Assembly: GCA_027081495.1 (NCBI GenBank)
Contig: JALWKJ010000233.1
Location: 1 to 32,956 of the forward strand
Source: Campylobacterales bacterium
Lineage (GTDB): Bacteria; Campylobacterota; Campylobacteria; Campylobacterales; QNZT01
Direction of reading: 5' to 3'
DNA: 32,956 nt
Within the stretch, counting starts at the first letter, position 1. Each line of letters starts with the position of its first letter. A program made the position numbers and the translations under genes. Positions 9,282 through 20,085 of the stretch are shown piece after piece. The notes under the pieces are model-generated. The model had not been told where the DNA came from. It ran no database searches and saw nothing but the letters and a program-made list of their open reading frames with translations.

Positions 9282-9778
9282 GAAGAGGTTTTTATAACAG
9301 ATGTTCCGCTAAGTAGATCATGAAGCGATCTTTTGTCTTTTCTAAAAATAGTAACAAACAGTCCGAAGAAAGATATTAGAACGAAATTAAAAAATAAAAA
9401 TCTTAAAATAGCCGATATCGCATTCGGTTTTTCTCCGCTTTGGTTGTCTATTATCATAAGGTCGTATGCTTTTAGTCCCGGTGTCTGTCCGGTTTTTACA
9501 TAAAAAGCCGTCACGACTCCTCCAAGCAGTAAAAATATATAAGTCCACGCCATTAACTTGTGTTCGCCTACTCCTCCATCACCTTTTAAGCCGTCAAAAA
9601 CCAGATATATAACCAGATAAAAAATAGGCATCGCGAGCAAAAAAGAGTCGGTAATAAACGCTTTGATCCGTTCGCCTATCGTGGCGTATTTATACTTTTG
9701 CGTCTCTTCTTTTGATTTGCCCTTTTTTTTCTCTTTTTTGGGTGTGATTTTGTTTTGTTTTACATCTCTCCAACGCAT
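9278..9778 (-). CDS. RDD family membrane protein
   Basis: RIKAFITDSF, GQTPG and HDLLSGT motifs; ATGA overlap with the MFS gene. Confidence 0.88.
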   Translation of the reverse strand: MRWRDVKQNKITPKKEKKKGKSKEETQKYKYATIGERIKAFITDSFLLAMPIFYLVIYLVFDGLKGDGGVGEHKLMAWTYIFLLLGGVVTAFYVKTGQTPGLKAYDLMIIDNQSGEKPNAISAILRFLFFNFVLISFFGLFVTIFRKDKRSLHDLLSGTSVIKTSS

Positions 9779-9781
9779 CTG

Positions 9782-10342
9782 TTACCTTAAGATTCTTGGA
9801 AGCGTTATTCCCGTTTGCGCCTGATATTTACCTTTTTTGTCGGCGTAAGTCACCTCGCATTCTTCGTCACCTTCAAGAAAAAGTACTTGCGCGATCCCTT
9901 CATTTGCGTATATTTTCGCCGGAAGAGGGGTAGTGTTTGAAATCTCTATCGTTATATGCCCCTCGAAAGCCGGTTCAAACGGTGTTACATTCACTATAAT
10001 ACCGCATCTTGCGTAAGTGCTTTTTCCAAGACAGATCGCCAATACATTATTGGGCATACGAAAATATTCGACCGTCCTAGCCAAAGCAAAAGAGTTAGGC
10101 GGTATGATTGCGATATCCGCCTCTATGTCGATGACATTCGCATCGTCGAAATTTTTAGGGTCAACGACGGTTGAATTTACATTCGTAAATATTTTAAATT
10201 CTCTACCGACCCTTATGTCGTATCCATAGCTGCTTAGACCGTAACTTACGACATTTTGACCTATCTGCTCTTCGCAAAAAGGCTCGATCATTCTCTTATT
10301 AAGCGATTTTTCCCTTATCCACTTGTCGGATTTTAATCCCAT
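9782..10342 (-). CDS. dcd: dCTP deaminase
   Basis: [31 protein letters not shown] and [11 protein letters not shown]. Confidence 0.97.
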   Translation of the reverse strand: MGLKSDKWIREKSLNKRMIEPFCEEQIGQNVVSYGLSSYGYDIRVGREFKIFTNVNSTVVDPKNFDDANVIDIEADIAIIPPNSFALARTVEYFRMPNNVLAICLGKSTYARCGIIVNVTPFEPAFEGHITIEISNTTPLPAKIYANEGIAQVLFLEGDEECEVTYADKKGKYQAQTGITLPRILR

Positions 10343-10369
10343 ATCTGCTCTTTGTGCTTTTTTATAAAG

Positions 10370-10378
10370 ATTATATCA
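10370..10378 (-). promoter_or_regulatory. Extended -10 promoter for dcd-RDD-MFS
   Basis: The minus strand reads TGATATAAT about 28 nt upstream of the dcd ATG. Confidence 0.55.
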
Positions 10379-10478
10379 CACGAACTATTAAGCGCCTAAA
10401 ACGATACTTTATCTTATAAAAAAAGTGCCCGTTATTATCTTTTTTTCGTTATTATTACGCAAACGATTAGGAGATTTC

Positions 10479-10925
10479 ATGAAACATAGTGAGATAAAAG
10501 AGTTGATATCCATATTTGATGAAAGCGATATCACAAAACTAAAGATTAACGATAAAGAGTTTTCCATAACTCTTGAAAAATCCGTTTTATCCCATTGCGT
10601 AGAGCAGCAGCCAAAAATCCAAATAGCACAGACGGCACAAGCGGCGGAGTCGATAACGCCCAAAACAGTTCCAAATTCCGCCGATGTCGTAACGATCAAT
10701 TCGCCTATGGTCGGTACATTTTATGTCGCTCCAAGCCCCGGTTCCGCCCCTTTTGTTAGAGTGGGGGATAAAGTTTCAAAAGGAGATACCGTTGGAATCG
10801 TAGAGGCGATGAAGATCATGAATGAAATCGAAGCCGAATTTGATGCTAAAATAGTAAAAATGCTTATCGAAGACGGACAACCGGTCGAGTTTGGAACTCC
10901 TCTATTTGAAGTGGAGAAACTTTAA
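10479..10925 (+). CDS. accB: Acetyl-CoA carboxylase biotin carboxyl carrier protein
   Basis: SPMVGTFY and EAMKIMNEI biotinylation motif. Start moved to ATG 10479, which follows SD AGGAG. Confidence 0.96.
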   Translation: MKHSEIKELISIFDESDITKLKINDKEFSITLEKSVLSHCVEQQPKIQIAQTAQAAESITPKTVPNSADVVTINSPMVGTFYVAPSPGSAPFVRVGDKVSKGDTVGIVEAMKIMNEIEAEFDAKIVKMLIEDGQPVEFGTPLFEVEKL

Positions 10926-12250
10926 TGTCAATAGAAAAAATTCTCGTCGCAAATAGAGGTGAAATAGCGCTAAGAGCGATTCGTACTATCAAAGAGATGG
11001 GTAAGCAGGCGATCGCCGTTTATTCTCAGGCCGATAAAGAGGCTCTTTATCTCGATTATGCGGACGCTTCTATTTGTATAGGAAAAGATCGATCCGATCA
11101 AAGTTATCTAAATATTCCAGCCATTATTTCCGCCGCCGAAGTAAGCGAGTGCGATGCGATATTTCCCGGATACGGTTTTTTAAGTGAAAATCAGGATTTT
11201 GTTGAAATATGTAAATATCACGGTATAAAATTTATAGGTCCTGATGTCGGTGTTATGGAACTTATGAGCGATAAATCAAAAGCCAAAGATGTCATGAAAA
11301 AAGCAGGCGTTCCGGTTATTCCCGGAAGCGAGGGAGCTTTAAACAGCGCGGAGGAAGCAAAAGAACTCGCAAATGAGATGGGTTATCCCGTTATTATCAA
11401 AGCTTCAGCCGGAGGCGGGGGCAGGGGCATGAGAAAGATAGAGAGCGAAGATGAAGTTGAAAATGCGTTTTTGGCGGCTTCATCGGAAGCGTTAAGCGCA
11501 TTCGGCGACGGTACTATGTATATGGAAAAGTTTATTGAAAATCCTCGCCATGTCGAAGTTCAGGTTTTGGCCGATTCTCATGGGAATGTCGTGCATCTTG
11601 GAGAAAGAGATTGCTCTTTGCAAAGAAGACATCAAAAACTTATAGAAGAGTCCCCGGCTCTCGTGCTAAGCGAAAAAAAGAGAAAAGAGCTTCATGACGC
11701 CGCGGTAAAAGCCGCTGAGTATATAAAATATGAAAATGCCGGAACTTTTGAGTTTCTTGTAGATAAAAACGGAGATTTTTATTTTATGGAGATGAATACG
11801 AGACTTCAGGTCGAGCATCCGGTTAGCGAAATGGTAAGCGGTATAGATATAATAGAGTGGATGATAAGAATAGCCGAAGGAGAGAAACTTTTTTCACAAG
11901 ATTCCATCGATTTGAAAGGTCATTCGATCGAGTGTAGAATAACCGCCGAAGATCCCGTAACATTTATTCCAAGCCCCGGGAAGATAACAAAATGGATACC
12001 CTCTGGCGGTAGAAATGTAAGAATAGATTCTCATGCCTATGAGGGGTATGTGGTGCCTCAGTATTATGATTCTATGATAGGCAAGCTTATCGTATGGGGC
12101 GAAAATAGAGATAGGGCTATAGCGAAAATGAGAGAAGCCTTGAGAGAATTTCGGGTTGAAGGTATTAAAACGGTTATAGATTTTCACTCGGCTATGATGG
12201 ATAATCCGGACTTTCAGACAAATAATTTCGATACAAACTATCTCTCATGA
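10925..12250 (+). CDS. accC: Acetyl-CoA carboxylase, biotin carboxylase subunit
   Basis: ANRGEIA, PGYGFLSEN, GGGGRGM, ERDCSLQRRHQK and EMNTRLQVEH. Confidence 0.98.
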   Translation: MSIEKILVANRGEIALRAIRTIKEMGKQAIAVYSQADKEALYLDYADASICIGKDRSDQSYLNIPAIISAAEVSECDAIFPGYGFLSENQDFVEICKYHGIKFIGPDVGVMELMSDKSKAKDVMKKAGVPVIPGSEGALNSAEEAKELANEMGYPVIIKASAGGGGRGMRKIESEDEVENAFLAASSEALSAFGDGTMYMEKFIENPRHVEVQVLADSHGNVVHLGERDCSLQRRHQKLIEESPALVLSEKKRKELHDAAVKAAEYIKYENAGTFEFLVDKNGDFYFMEMNTRLQVEHPVSEMVSGIDIIEWMIRIAEGEKLFSQDSIDLKGHSIECRITAEDPVTFIPSPGKITKWIPSGGRNVRIDSHAYEGYVVPQYYDSMIGKLIVWGENRDRAIAKMREALREFRVEGIKTVIDFHSAMMDNPDFQTNNFDTNYLS

Positions 12251-12813
12251 GAGAAATAATTCTGGTTCGCCACGGCGAACCGGATTTAGAAATCCCGCAA
12301 AAAATAAGCGCAAATGAAATTCCTATCTTTTTACAAAAGTATAACAGCGCCTCTTTAAAGCAAAATTCTACCCCCTCAAACAAACTTCTCTTTTTATCTC
12401 AAAACGCCGCCGTTGTTTGCAGCGATCTTGTTAGATCGATTCAAAGCGCGCAAAAATGTTCCGTATCGCCGTATATGGTCGATACTTTGTTTCGCGAAAG
12501 CATACCTCCTTATTTTCAAAACGATTTTTTTAGATTTACGCCCAAACAGTGGTTGGTTTTTTCAAGATTGTTGTGGCTTATAGGTTTTTCTAACAATGGC
12601 GAGTCTTTGATCGGAGCAATAAAAAGAGCGAAAAAAGCGGCGAATATATTGATAGAACTTTCAAAAAGCGAAAGAGTGGTTCTTTTCGGTCATGGTCTAT
12701 TTAATATTCTTATAGCAAAAGAGTTAAGAAGAAGGGGATTTAGCGGTAAAAAAGTCCCGGCAAAAAAACACTGGGACTACGGTAAATATATAAAACTCAA
12801 AGATCGCATCTAA
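12247..12813 (+). CDS. Histidine phosphatase superfamily protein
   Basis: LVRHGEP, SDLVRSIQSA and VVLFGHG motifs; ATGA overlap with accC. Confidence 0.85.
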   Translation: MREIILVRHGEPDLEIPQKISANEIPIFLQKYNSASLKQNSTPSNKLLFLSQNAAVVCSDLVRSIQSAQKCSVSPYMVDTLFRESIPPYFQNDFFRFTPKQWLVFSRLLWLIGFSNNGESLIGAIKRAKKAANILIELSKSERVVLFGHGLFNILIAKELRRRGFSGKKVPAKKHWDYGKYIKLKDRI

Positions 12814-13879
12814 AATCGCTGTTGCTGTCGATAGTAATCTTCTCTTCTTCCGTAAAAGTTTTGATCTTTTGATCTTCATCTTCGAAAAGAATTTTTATCT
12901 TAACGGCGCCGTCGAGTGTCGCGGGACAATAGTTTATACGGTAAAAACTGCTGTTGTAGAGAATATCTTCGTAAGTTTGAGTAAAAGCGCTTTGTATATT
13001 TTGCTCGGAAGCTTCAAAGTGATGATCTTTTCCGCTTATCTCTTTAAGAGTTTCGTTATCCGCTTTACCTATTCCTATAGTGTAGTATTGAATCTGGTCT
13101 TTAAGCGATTTTAACATCTCTTTTTTGCCGACTATTCCAGCCTCGTCTCGACCGTCCGTAAAGACAACGACCGATCCTATCTCAAAACCGTTTTTATTTT
13201 CACAACCAATCCATGAACAGATCTTTTCACCGCTTTGTTCTATCGCGCCGTATAAATTGGTAGAGTTGTATCCTTTTAGATATGTGTTTACGAAGTTTGG
13301 ATCGGTTAGTTGTTCAACGGCATTTTTCAAAATCGTGAGATTCGCGGTAGGAAATTCCGTTTGCGGGCTTAACGCGAATATAGATTTTTTTGAGTTAAAA
13401 TAATAAATAGCTATCTCGAAATTTCCGCTTTTAATTATGTTGTCGATAAAATCGTTGCTTGAATTAATAAGTTGATTGCAGACGCTGTCGCTGTTACTGT
13501 CGCCGCAACCGCCTTCGAGAATCGAGCCGGAAAGATCCAATAAAAGTAAAATTTTACTTTTTACCGTATTATCGGTTTTTTGGACTCTTATGATACTTTC
13601 ATCTTTGATTTTACCGTTTTCGACCAAAGAGTAGTGATATGAGTCTTCAAGCAGATCTATTTGTTTGTAAGATATCGGTTTGTTAAGCGTTCTGATAATC
13701 GTCTGAAAATGTCCGCCGTCAATATCGTTGTTTGCGACAAACCGACTCTTCTTGACCGTGATTAACTGAAGTTTTCCGCTTGATTTAGTACTAAGAGACG
13801 AACTCTTATTTTCATCGGCAACTCTGCCGCAACCGCTTAAAAATAGGAAGATGGTTATTAAAACCGCTATTTTAGACAT
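12797..13879 (-). CDS. VWA-domain lipoprotein
   Basis: Lipobox LSGC; MIDAS DLSGS, then STNLYGA and VVVFTDGRD. Confidence 0.85.
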   Translation of the reverse strand: MSKIAVLITIFLFLSGCGRVADENKSSSLSTKSSGKLQLITVKKSRFVANNDIDGGHFQTIIRTLNKPISYKQIDLLEDSYHYSLVENGKIKDESIIRVQKTDNTVKSKILLLLDLSGSILEGGCGDSNSDSVCNQLINSSNDFIDNIIKSGNFEIAIYYFNSKKSIFALSPQTEFPTANLTILKNAVEQLTDPNFVNTYLKGYNSTNLYGAIEQSGEKICSWIGCENKNGFEIGSVVVFTDGRDEAGIVGKKEMLKSLKDQIQYYTIGIGKADNETLKEISGKDHHFEASEQNIQSAFTQTYEDILYNSSFYRINYCPATLDGAVKIKILFEDEDQKIKTFTEEEKITIDSNSDFRCDL

Positions 13880-13891
13880 AGATATTCCTTC

Positions 13892-14722
13892 TTAAGGTTT
13901 TCTTATAACCTTGATATTTGCTTCGGATTTTTTCTTTTCGAAATACGAAATAAGATTTGCCTGTTCCTGCTCTTTCATCAACCTCATGAAGATATTTTGT
14001 TTTACTTGTTCGTATGAAGCGGTAATAGGAGCTTCTTTTTTCAAGATAAAAAACATTGCGGAATATTCTCCCAAATTTACGATCGGAGTAAATTTTCTAA
14101 GGGGAGTTTGTAAAAGAAACTGAATGAGTCTTGGATTGGTCTTGTTGGGATCGAGGGTTTTTGTAGTAATTTTTACATTCGGAAGCATTAGCATTGGTCG
14201 CATTTGAATAGCTTGAAGAGCTTGGGGATCTTTTGCCGTATATTCCTGGATTTTAATTTTTCCGGCAATCGTAAATTCGTTTTTATGTTTTTCGTAAAAG
14301 GCTTTCATCTGTTCGGGTGTCGGTTTTTTCATTTTTCCTTCAAGGATGATCTGATAAAGCTTCTCTTTTTTTATGATATTTTCTATATCTTTTTGTAAAG
14401 ACTGCAGGGTTTTTCCCTCTTTTTGTAAAGCTTTTTGAAACTCTTCTTTATTCATGCGGTTTTGTTTCGCAATCTCCTCTACTCTTTTGTTTATTTCGTC
14501 GGGAGTAGCGTAAATTCCGAGTTTTTGAATCTCTTCCTCTTCTATCTTCTCTTGTATGAGCGAGTTTACGGCGTCTTCTTTGGAAATATGTTTTTGCCGG
14601 CTTAGTTTTTGAATCTCATATATAGTAATTGGATTTGAGTTAACCGTCAACGCCACCGCTCCCACGGTTTTTGCAAACAGAGAGATCTGAACTATCGCTA
14701 AAATTAAAAAATATTTTATCAT
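13892..14722 (-). CDS. SurA-like periplasmic chaperone (Cj1289-like)
   Basis: Signal peptide from ATG 14722 (SD AAGGA), VALTVNSNPITIYEI and C-terminal KKKSEANIKVIR; divergent from gltX. Confidence 0.8.
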   Translation of the reverse strand: MIKYFLILAIVQISLFAKTVGAVALTVNSNPITIYEIQKLSRQKHISKEDAVNSLIQEKIEEEEIQKLGIYATPDEINKRVEEIAKQNRMNKEEFQKALQKEGKTLQSLQKDIENIIKKEKLYQIILEGKMKKPTPEQMKAFYEKHKNEFTIAGKIKIQEYTAKDPQALQAIQMRPMLMLPNVKITTKTLDPNKTNPRLIQFLLQTPLRKFTPIVNLGEYSAMFFILKKEAPITASYEQVKQNIFMRLMKEQEQANLISYFEKKKSEANIKVIRKP

Positions 14723-14755
14723 GGTTAAAATTCCTTGCATTAACTCTGCTTGAAG

Positions 14756-14778
14756 ATTATAACACATTATGCTAAAAT
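14756..14778. promoter_or_regulatory. Back-to-back extended -10 elements for the SurA-like gene (-) and gltX (+)
   Basis: Minus strand TGTTATAAT at 14764-14756; plus strand TGCTAAAAT at 14770-14778. Confidence 0.55.
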
Positions 14779-14799
14779 TGCTCCAAAAAGGCATATATA

Positions 14800-16194
14800 A
14801 TGATCACTACTCGTTTTGCTCCAAGCCCTACCGGGTATTTGCATATAGGCGGACTTAGAACCGCGCTTTATAGTTATCTTTGGGCGCGTAAAAATAGCGG
14901 GAGGTTTTTACTTCGTATCGAAGATACGGATCTTAAAAGAAATTCTCAAGAAGCCGCCGAGGCTATAGAAAAAGCTTTTAAGTGGGTGAAATTATCTTTT
15001 GACGATGAAGTAGTTTATCAGTCTAAAAGGTTTGATATATATAAAAAATATATAAAACAACTTCTAGATGAAAAAAAAGCTTACTATTGTTATATGAGCA
15101 AAGAGGAGCTTGACGATTTGCGCGCTATGCAGCAAAGCAAAAAACAAAGACCGAGATATGACGGGAGATATCGTGATTTTAAAGGCGTTCCACCCGAAGG
15201 GATAGAGCCGGTAGTGCGTATAAAAGCGCCGCATGACGCGGTTATAAGTTTTATTGACGGTATAAAAGGAGAGATAAGTTTTAAATCGGAAGATATTTTA
15301 GACGATTTTATCATTGCAAGAGCCGACGGTACGCCTACTTATAATTTCGTAGTCGCTATCGATGACGCTTTGATGGGTATAACGGATGTCATTAGGGGAG
15401 ACGATCATTTATCAAATACTCCGAAACAGATCGTTATATACGAAGCTTTGGGATTTAAGATTCCAAAATTTTATCATGTTCCGATGATTTTAAATCCAAA
15501 CGGCAAAAAACTCTCAAAAAGAGATGGAGCAATGGATGTCATGGAGTATAAAAAAATGGGATATCTTCCCGAGGCTCTACTAAATTTTTTGGTTCGTTTA
15601 GGATGGAGTCATGGTGATCAGGAAATCTTTTCATTTAAAGAGATGCTTGAACTTTTCGATCCGTCAAATATAAACAAATCCGCTTCCGCGTACAACGGCG
15701 AAAAGCTTTTGTGGTTAAATGCCCATTATATAAAAAACGCCTCATATGAGAGAATTATAGAAGAGTTAAAAGAGTTTAATGTCGATATAAAAGATCATGA
15801 TAAAAAAGAGGTTTTGGTTGACGCCATAAGAGAGCGGGCAAAGACGCTTGTGGAGTTTGCGGATATGGCAAATTCTATCTTGAAACCTCCAAAACAATAT
15901 GATCAAAAAGCCGTAAAAAAATTTATAAGCGAAGAGTCGCTGGAAATACTTTTGAAATACGCCGCTTTTTTGAGGATTTACGATAAAAAACTTCATCTTC
16001 CCGTCGATTTTGAAGAAGCTACCAAAATATTTATGAAAAAACATGATTTAAAGATGAAGCAGCTTGCTCAACCTGTTAGAATCGCGATGGTCGGAAGTTC
16101 AACCAGCCCTTCGGTATATGATGTGCTTAGTATAGTAACGGTTGAAGGGGCGATAGATAGAATAGAAAAATTTATAAAATATATAAAAGGTTAA
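14800..16194 (+). CDS. gltX: Glutamate--tRNA ligase (resembles the Helicobacter GluRS1 type)
   Basis: TRFAPSPTGYLHIGG (HIGH), RIEDTD and KLSKR (KMSKS). Confidence 0.97.
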   Translation: MITTRFAPSPTGYLHIGGLRTALYSYLWARKNSGRFLLRIEDTDLKRNSQEAAEAIEKAFKWVKLSFDDEVVYQSKRFDIYKKYIKQLLDEKKAYYCYMSKEELDDLRAMQQSKKQRPRYDGRYRDFKGVPPEGIEPVVRIKAPHDAVISFIDGIKGEISFKSEDILDDFIIARADGTPTYNFVVAIDDALMGITDVIRGDDHLSNTPKQIVIYEALGFKIPKFYHVPMILNPNGKKLSKRDGAMDVMEYKKMGYLPEALLNFLVRLGWSHGDQEIFSFKEMLELFDPSNINKSASAYNGEKLLWLNAHYIKNASYERIIEELKEFNVDIKDHDKKEVLVDAIRERAKTLVEFADMANSILKPPKQYDQKAVKKFISEESLEILLKYAAFLRIYDKKLHLPVDFEEATKIFMKKHDLKMKQLAQPVRIAMVGSSTSPSVYDVLSIVTVEGAIDRIEKFIKYIKG

Positions 16195-16199
16195 ATAAT

Positions 16200-17480
16200 T
16201 TGGAACATTTTAAAGAAGAGACATTAAAATATCATGAACACGGTAAAATAGGAACGCTGATTACAAAGCCATGCAACACGCAAAAAGACCTTTCTATGGC
16301 ATATACGCCGGGAGTTGCATATCCTTGTCTTGAGATAGAAAAAAAGCCGTCTTTGGCATACGAATATACGAACAAAGGAAATCTTGTAGCGGTTATCACC
16401 GATGGAAGCGCGGTACTTGGGCTTGGAAATATAGGCGCTCTTGCCGGAAAACCGGTTATGGAAGGAAAAGCGGTTTTATTTAAGACTTTTGCGAATGTCG
16501 ATGCTATCGATGTCGAGTTAAATGTCCATACGGTTGATGAAATAGTAAGCGTTTGTGCCGCTATCAGCGATACATACGGAGGAATAAATCTCGAAGATAT
16601 AAAAGCGCCGGAGTGTTTCGAGATAGAAAAGAGACTCCAAGAGATGGTAAATATTCCCGTTTTTCATGACGATCAACACGGAACGGCGATAATAACGGCA
16701 GCCGGACTCTTAAACGCCCTTGAGTTAACAGGAAAAAAGATGGAAAATATTAAAATCGTCATAATCGGCGCCGGAGCCGCCGGAATAGCAAGCGCAAAAA
16801 TGTACAAAAATCTTGGCGCAAAGCATATCGTACTTGTAGATTCAAAAGGCGTAATCAATACAAAAAGGGAGGATCTTAATGTTTATAAAGCGGAATTTGC
16901 GATAGATACCGACGATAAAACTTTAGCCGACGCGTTAAAGGACGCCGATATGATGCTTGGACTTAGCGGACCTAGAATCGTTTCCAAGCAGATGGTAAAA
17001 ACTATGGCAAAAGATGCGATTATTTTTGCCTGTGCAAATCCTACTCCGGAAATTACGCCCGCTGAAGTGAAAGAGGTAAGAGACGACATAATAGTCGGGA
17101 CGGGAAGAAGCGATTATCCCAATCAAGTGAACAATGTTTTGGGTTTCCCGTCAATCTTTCGAGGCGCTCTTGATGTAGGAGCGAAAAAGATTACCGAAAA
17201 TATGAAGATAGCAGCCGCAAAAGCGCTTGCGGCATTGGCAAAAGAGCCTGTTCCCTACTATGTAAAAGCGGCTTATAACAATCCCGATCTTGAGTTTGGC
17301 AAAAACCATATCATACCGACGCCGTTTAGCAAAGAAGTTATGGTATGGGTCGCTTCGGCCGTGGCAAAAGCGGCTTTTGAAGACGGTGTTACAGATTTGA
17401 AAACATGCGATATAGAAAATTATAGAAAAAAACTAAGAGAGATAGCGTATCTTGACAGCCGGGAAGATACGAGGCAATAG
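16200..17480 (+). CDS. NAD(P)-dependent malic enzyme (no PTA domain)
   Basis: AYTPGVA, GKPVMEGK, FHDDQHGTAI, GAGAAG and RSDYPNQVNNV; TTG start. Confidence 0.95.
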   Translation: MEHFKEETLKYHEHGKIGTLITKPCNTQKDLSMAYTPGVAYPCLEIEKKPSLAYEYTNKGNLVAVITDGSAVLGLGNIGALAGKPVMEGKAVLFKTFANVDAIDVELNVHTVDEIVSVCAAISDTYGGINLEDIKAPECFEIEKRLQEMVNIPVFHDDQHGTAIITAAGLLNALELTGKKMENIKIVIIGAGAAGIASAKMYKNLGAKHIVLVDSKGVINTKREDLNVYKAEFAIDTDDKTLADALKDADMMLGLSGPRIVSKQMVKTMAKDAIIFACANPTPEITPAEVKEVRDDIIVGTGRSDYPNQVNNVLGFPSIFRGALDVGAKKITENMKIAAAKALAALAKEPVPYYVKAAYNNPDLEFGKNHIIPTPFSKEVMVWVASAVAKAAFEDGVTDLKTCDIENYRKKLREIAYLDSREDTRQ

Positions 17481-17969
17481 ATGAATATCCAAATTTTTGC
17501 AACGGGCGGTACGATAGCTAAAAAATACGATGAAATCAGCGGTAAGCTCGTTTTTGACGACGAGCTTCCTCAAAAAATTTTAAAACAGGCTAGATCAACC
17601 GAAAAATTCGATATACAAACACTTATGCTTAAAGACTCTCTTGAAATGGATGAAATCGATAGAGAGATTATTTTGCAGTCCGTTAATAGTACGAATTTAA
17701 ATAAAATAGTGATACTTCACGGAACCGATACCATGATAGAAACCGCCCGTAAACTCTCAAAAATAAAAGGAAAAACGGTAGTTTTAACGGGAGCTATGAT
17801 TCCTTTTTCTTTTAAAAATTCCGATGCTCTTTTTAATGTAGGCTTGGCTATAGGGGCGCTTAGCGGTTTAAGCAAGGGCGTCTATATAGCGATGAACTCA
17901 AGGTTGTTTACTTACGACAATGTGAAAAAAGACAAAAACAGAGCCGTTTTCGACTATCTTAGAACTTAA
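17481..17969 (+). CDS. Short, single-domain L-asparaginase
   Basis: ATGGTIAK, HGTDTM, VLTGAMIP and SDALFN; 162 aa. Confidence 0.88.
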   Translation: MNIQIFATGGTIAKKYDEISGKLVFDDELPQKILKQARSTEKFDIQTLMLKDSLEMDEIDREIILQSVNSTNLNKIVILHGTDTMIETARKLSKIKGKTVVLTGAMIPFSFKNSDALFNVGLAIGALSGLSKGVYIAMNSRLFTYDNVKKDKNRAVFDYLRT

Positions 17970-17992
17970 GAATAATTAAAAAAATCCGATAT
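17966..17992 (+). promoter_or_regulatory. Sigma28 (FliA)-type promoter of the NIT-MCP/PAS operon
   Basis: TTAA-N15-TCCGATAT. Confidence 0.6.
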
Positions 17993-18026
17993 TGTAATTA
18001 TACAATTATAAAAGGAATTTATTATT

Positions 18027-20075
18027 ATGACTTTTTTAAGTAAAATGAAAATTAAAACCGTTTTAACGGTTATGATCATCTTTTCTTTGATTACGATGTT
18101 GACATTTGGCTCATTGTTGGTAAAAGACAAATATGAACATTATAGCAGCTATAAAAAAGTCACAGATATTTTAAATTTCTCGGTAAAACTTAGTGAACTT
18201 ATTCATCAGTTTCAAAAAGAGAGAGGGGAGTCAGCCGGTTATTTGGGTTCTGACGGTAAAAAGTTTAAGGATACTCTTTTAAAACAAAGAGTTTTAACAG
18301 ATCAGAAGATAGATATAGTACAGTCTGAAAAATTTATTTCTCTTAAAAATAAATATAACTCGCAATATAAAAAAATAATAAAAACTTTATCTCGTCTGCC
18401 TCAAATGAGACAAAAGATTTCCGATAAAAAAATAGATGCGAGTGAAAGCATAAAATATTACAGCACGCTAAATGACAATATTATTGAAATGTTAAACTCT
18501 ATGGTATTGTCTGAAGATAAAATAACCAAAACGCTTGTCGCTTATCTGAGTTTTATAATAGCAAAGGAAAAATCAGGAATTTTAAGAGCGTTGGGTTCGT
18601 CGGTTTTTGCAAAAGGCTATTTTGATAAGCAGACGGCGATTTATTTTGATAAATTGATCTTTGCCGAAAATGAGTTTATCAAAGAATTTAAATATTCAGC
18701 TCCAAAACATATAGTCGAAAACTATATAAATACCGTTGTAAAGGCGGATTCGTACAAAGAAGTTAAAACTTATATACAAAAAGCTTTAAGCGCCGGAATA
18801 GGAGAACCGTTAAATATAGATTCTCAAAAATGGTTCAACGCTATGACAAATAAAATAAATAATATGCAAAAAACCGAGAAAGAGATATCTAAAGAGATCA
18901 TGCATTTCGCAAATGAAGGAGCGAAGAAAGAATTTTATAATTTTATAATCTTTATAAGCTTGGTATTGATTAGTATAGGTATGGTTTTGGTTTTGAGCTT
19001 GTACGCGAGAGTAAGATTTTTCTCTTCTATAGATTACCTTCATAAAGGAGTAAGCGATCTTTTGGATTATTTGAATAAAAAAGTGACCGTTCCTTCATAC
19101 ATAGAGATAAAAAACAATAATGAAATAAGTGAAATTTCAAAAATGATAAATGAATATATGAAGCAGCAATTCGATAAAGACAGATGCGATCTTTTGACAA
19201 CAGGCGAAACTATTTTGGTAATGGATAAAATTACAAAAGGTTATTTTGATACATTTGTCACAAATGTGCCGTCTTCAGCGGGTATGAAAACACTGGCAAA
19301 AGCTTTAAACAATATGGTCAAAAACCAAAGTAGAATCTTAAAACAGGTAGATTCGCTTTTAAAACGACTTTCAAATGACGATTATTCGACAAAAATAGAG
19401 GTTGATAAAAATATGCATGGAAGTTTAAAAGATATCGTGTTATCGGCTAACTCTCTAGCGGATATATTGAGAGAAAATGCGATAAATAATCTTGAAAACG
19501 GCAGCGACTTGAAAAAGAGAGTTGAAATATTTTTGCAAACTTCTACTCACCTTTTAGATACTACGAAAGAGCAGACAAACGCAATGAAAAATACGGCGGA
19601 TGCCGTAGAGGTGATGCATCGTCAAGTGGAAGAAGTTTTAAGTCATTCTGAAAAAATTACCGCTCAAGGCGAGGATATAAAATCTATTTTGACAATTATA
19701 TCCGAAATTGCGGATCAGACAAATTTATTGGCGCTAAACGCTGCCATAGAGGCGGCTCGTGCTGGAGAACACGGAAAAGGTTTCGCCGTTGTTGCCGATG
19801 AGGTAAGACTTCTGGCTGAAAAAACTCAAAAATCGTTATCAAATATCAGTCTTACCGTCAACTCGTTAAATCAATCGGCTCGAGATATAGATGAGAGTAT
19901 AAAAGCTCAAAGCGTTTCTATTCGAAAGATACAAGAATCCGTATCGTCTTTGGAAAATACTGCGCAAAAAAATACCCGAACAAGCAATGTTATATATGAA
20001 AGTTCGGAACAAATTGCCCAAGTTTCGAAATCGCTTGTACAAACCGCCGAAAACAAAAAGATAGAAAACGCTTAA
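18027..20075 (+). CDS. Methyl-accepting chemotaxis protein with a periplasmic NIT (nitrate/nitrite-sensing) domain
   Basis: Two TMs flanking [18 protein letters not shown] and [10 protein letters not shown]; signalling hairpin [34 protein letters not shown]. Confidence 0.92.
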   Translation: MTFLSKMKIKTVLTVMIIFSLITMLTFGSLLVKDKYEHYSSYKKVTDILNFSVKLSELIHQFQKERGESAGYLGSDGKKFKDTLLKQRVLTDQKIDIVQSEKFISLKNKYNSQYKKIIKTLSRLPQMRQKISDKKIDASESIKYYSTLNDNIIEMLNSMVLSEDKITKTLVAYLSFIIAKEKSGILRALGSSVFAKGYFDKQTAIYFDKLIFAENEFIKEFKYSAPKHIVENYINTVVKADSYKEVKTYIQKALSAGIGEPLNIDSQKWFNAMTNKINNMQKTEKEISKEIMHFANEGAKKEFYNFIIFISLVLISIGMVLVLSLYARVRFFSSIDYLHKGVSDLLDYLNKKVTVPSYIEIKNNNEISEISKMINEYMKQQFDKDRCDLLTTGETILVMDKITKGYFDTFVTNVPSSAGMKTLAKALNNMVKNQSRILKQVDSLLKRLSNDDYSTKIEVDKNMHGSLKDIVLSANSLADILRENAINNLENGSDLKKRVEIFLQTSTHLLDTTKEQTNAMKNTADAVEVMHRQVEEVLSHSEKITAQGEDIKSILTIISEIADQTNLLALNAAIEAARAGEHGKGFAVVADEVRLLAEKTQKSLSNISLTVNSLNQSARDIDESIKAQSVSIRKIQESVSSLENTAQKNTRTSNVIYESSEQIAQVSKSLVQTAENKKIENA

Positions 20076-20085
20076 GGAGAAGAGA

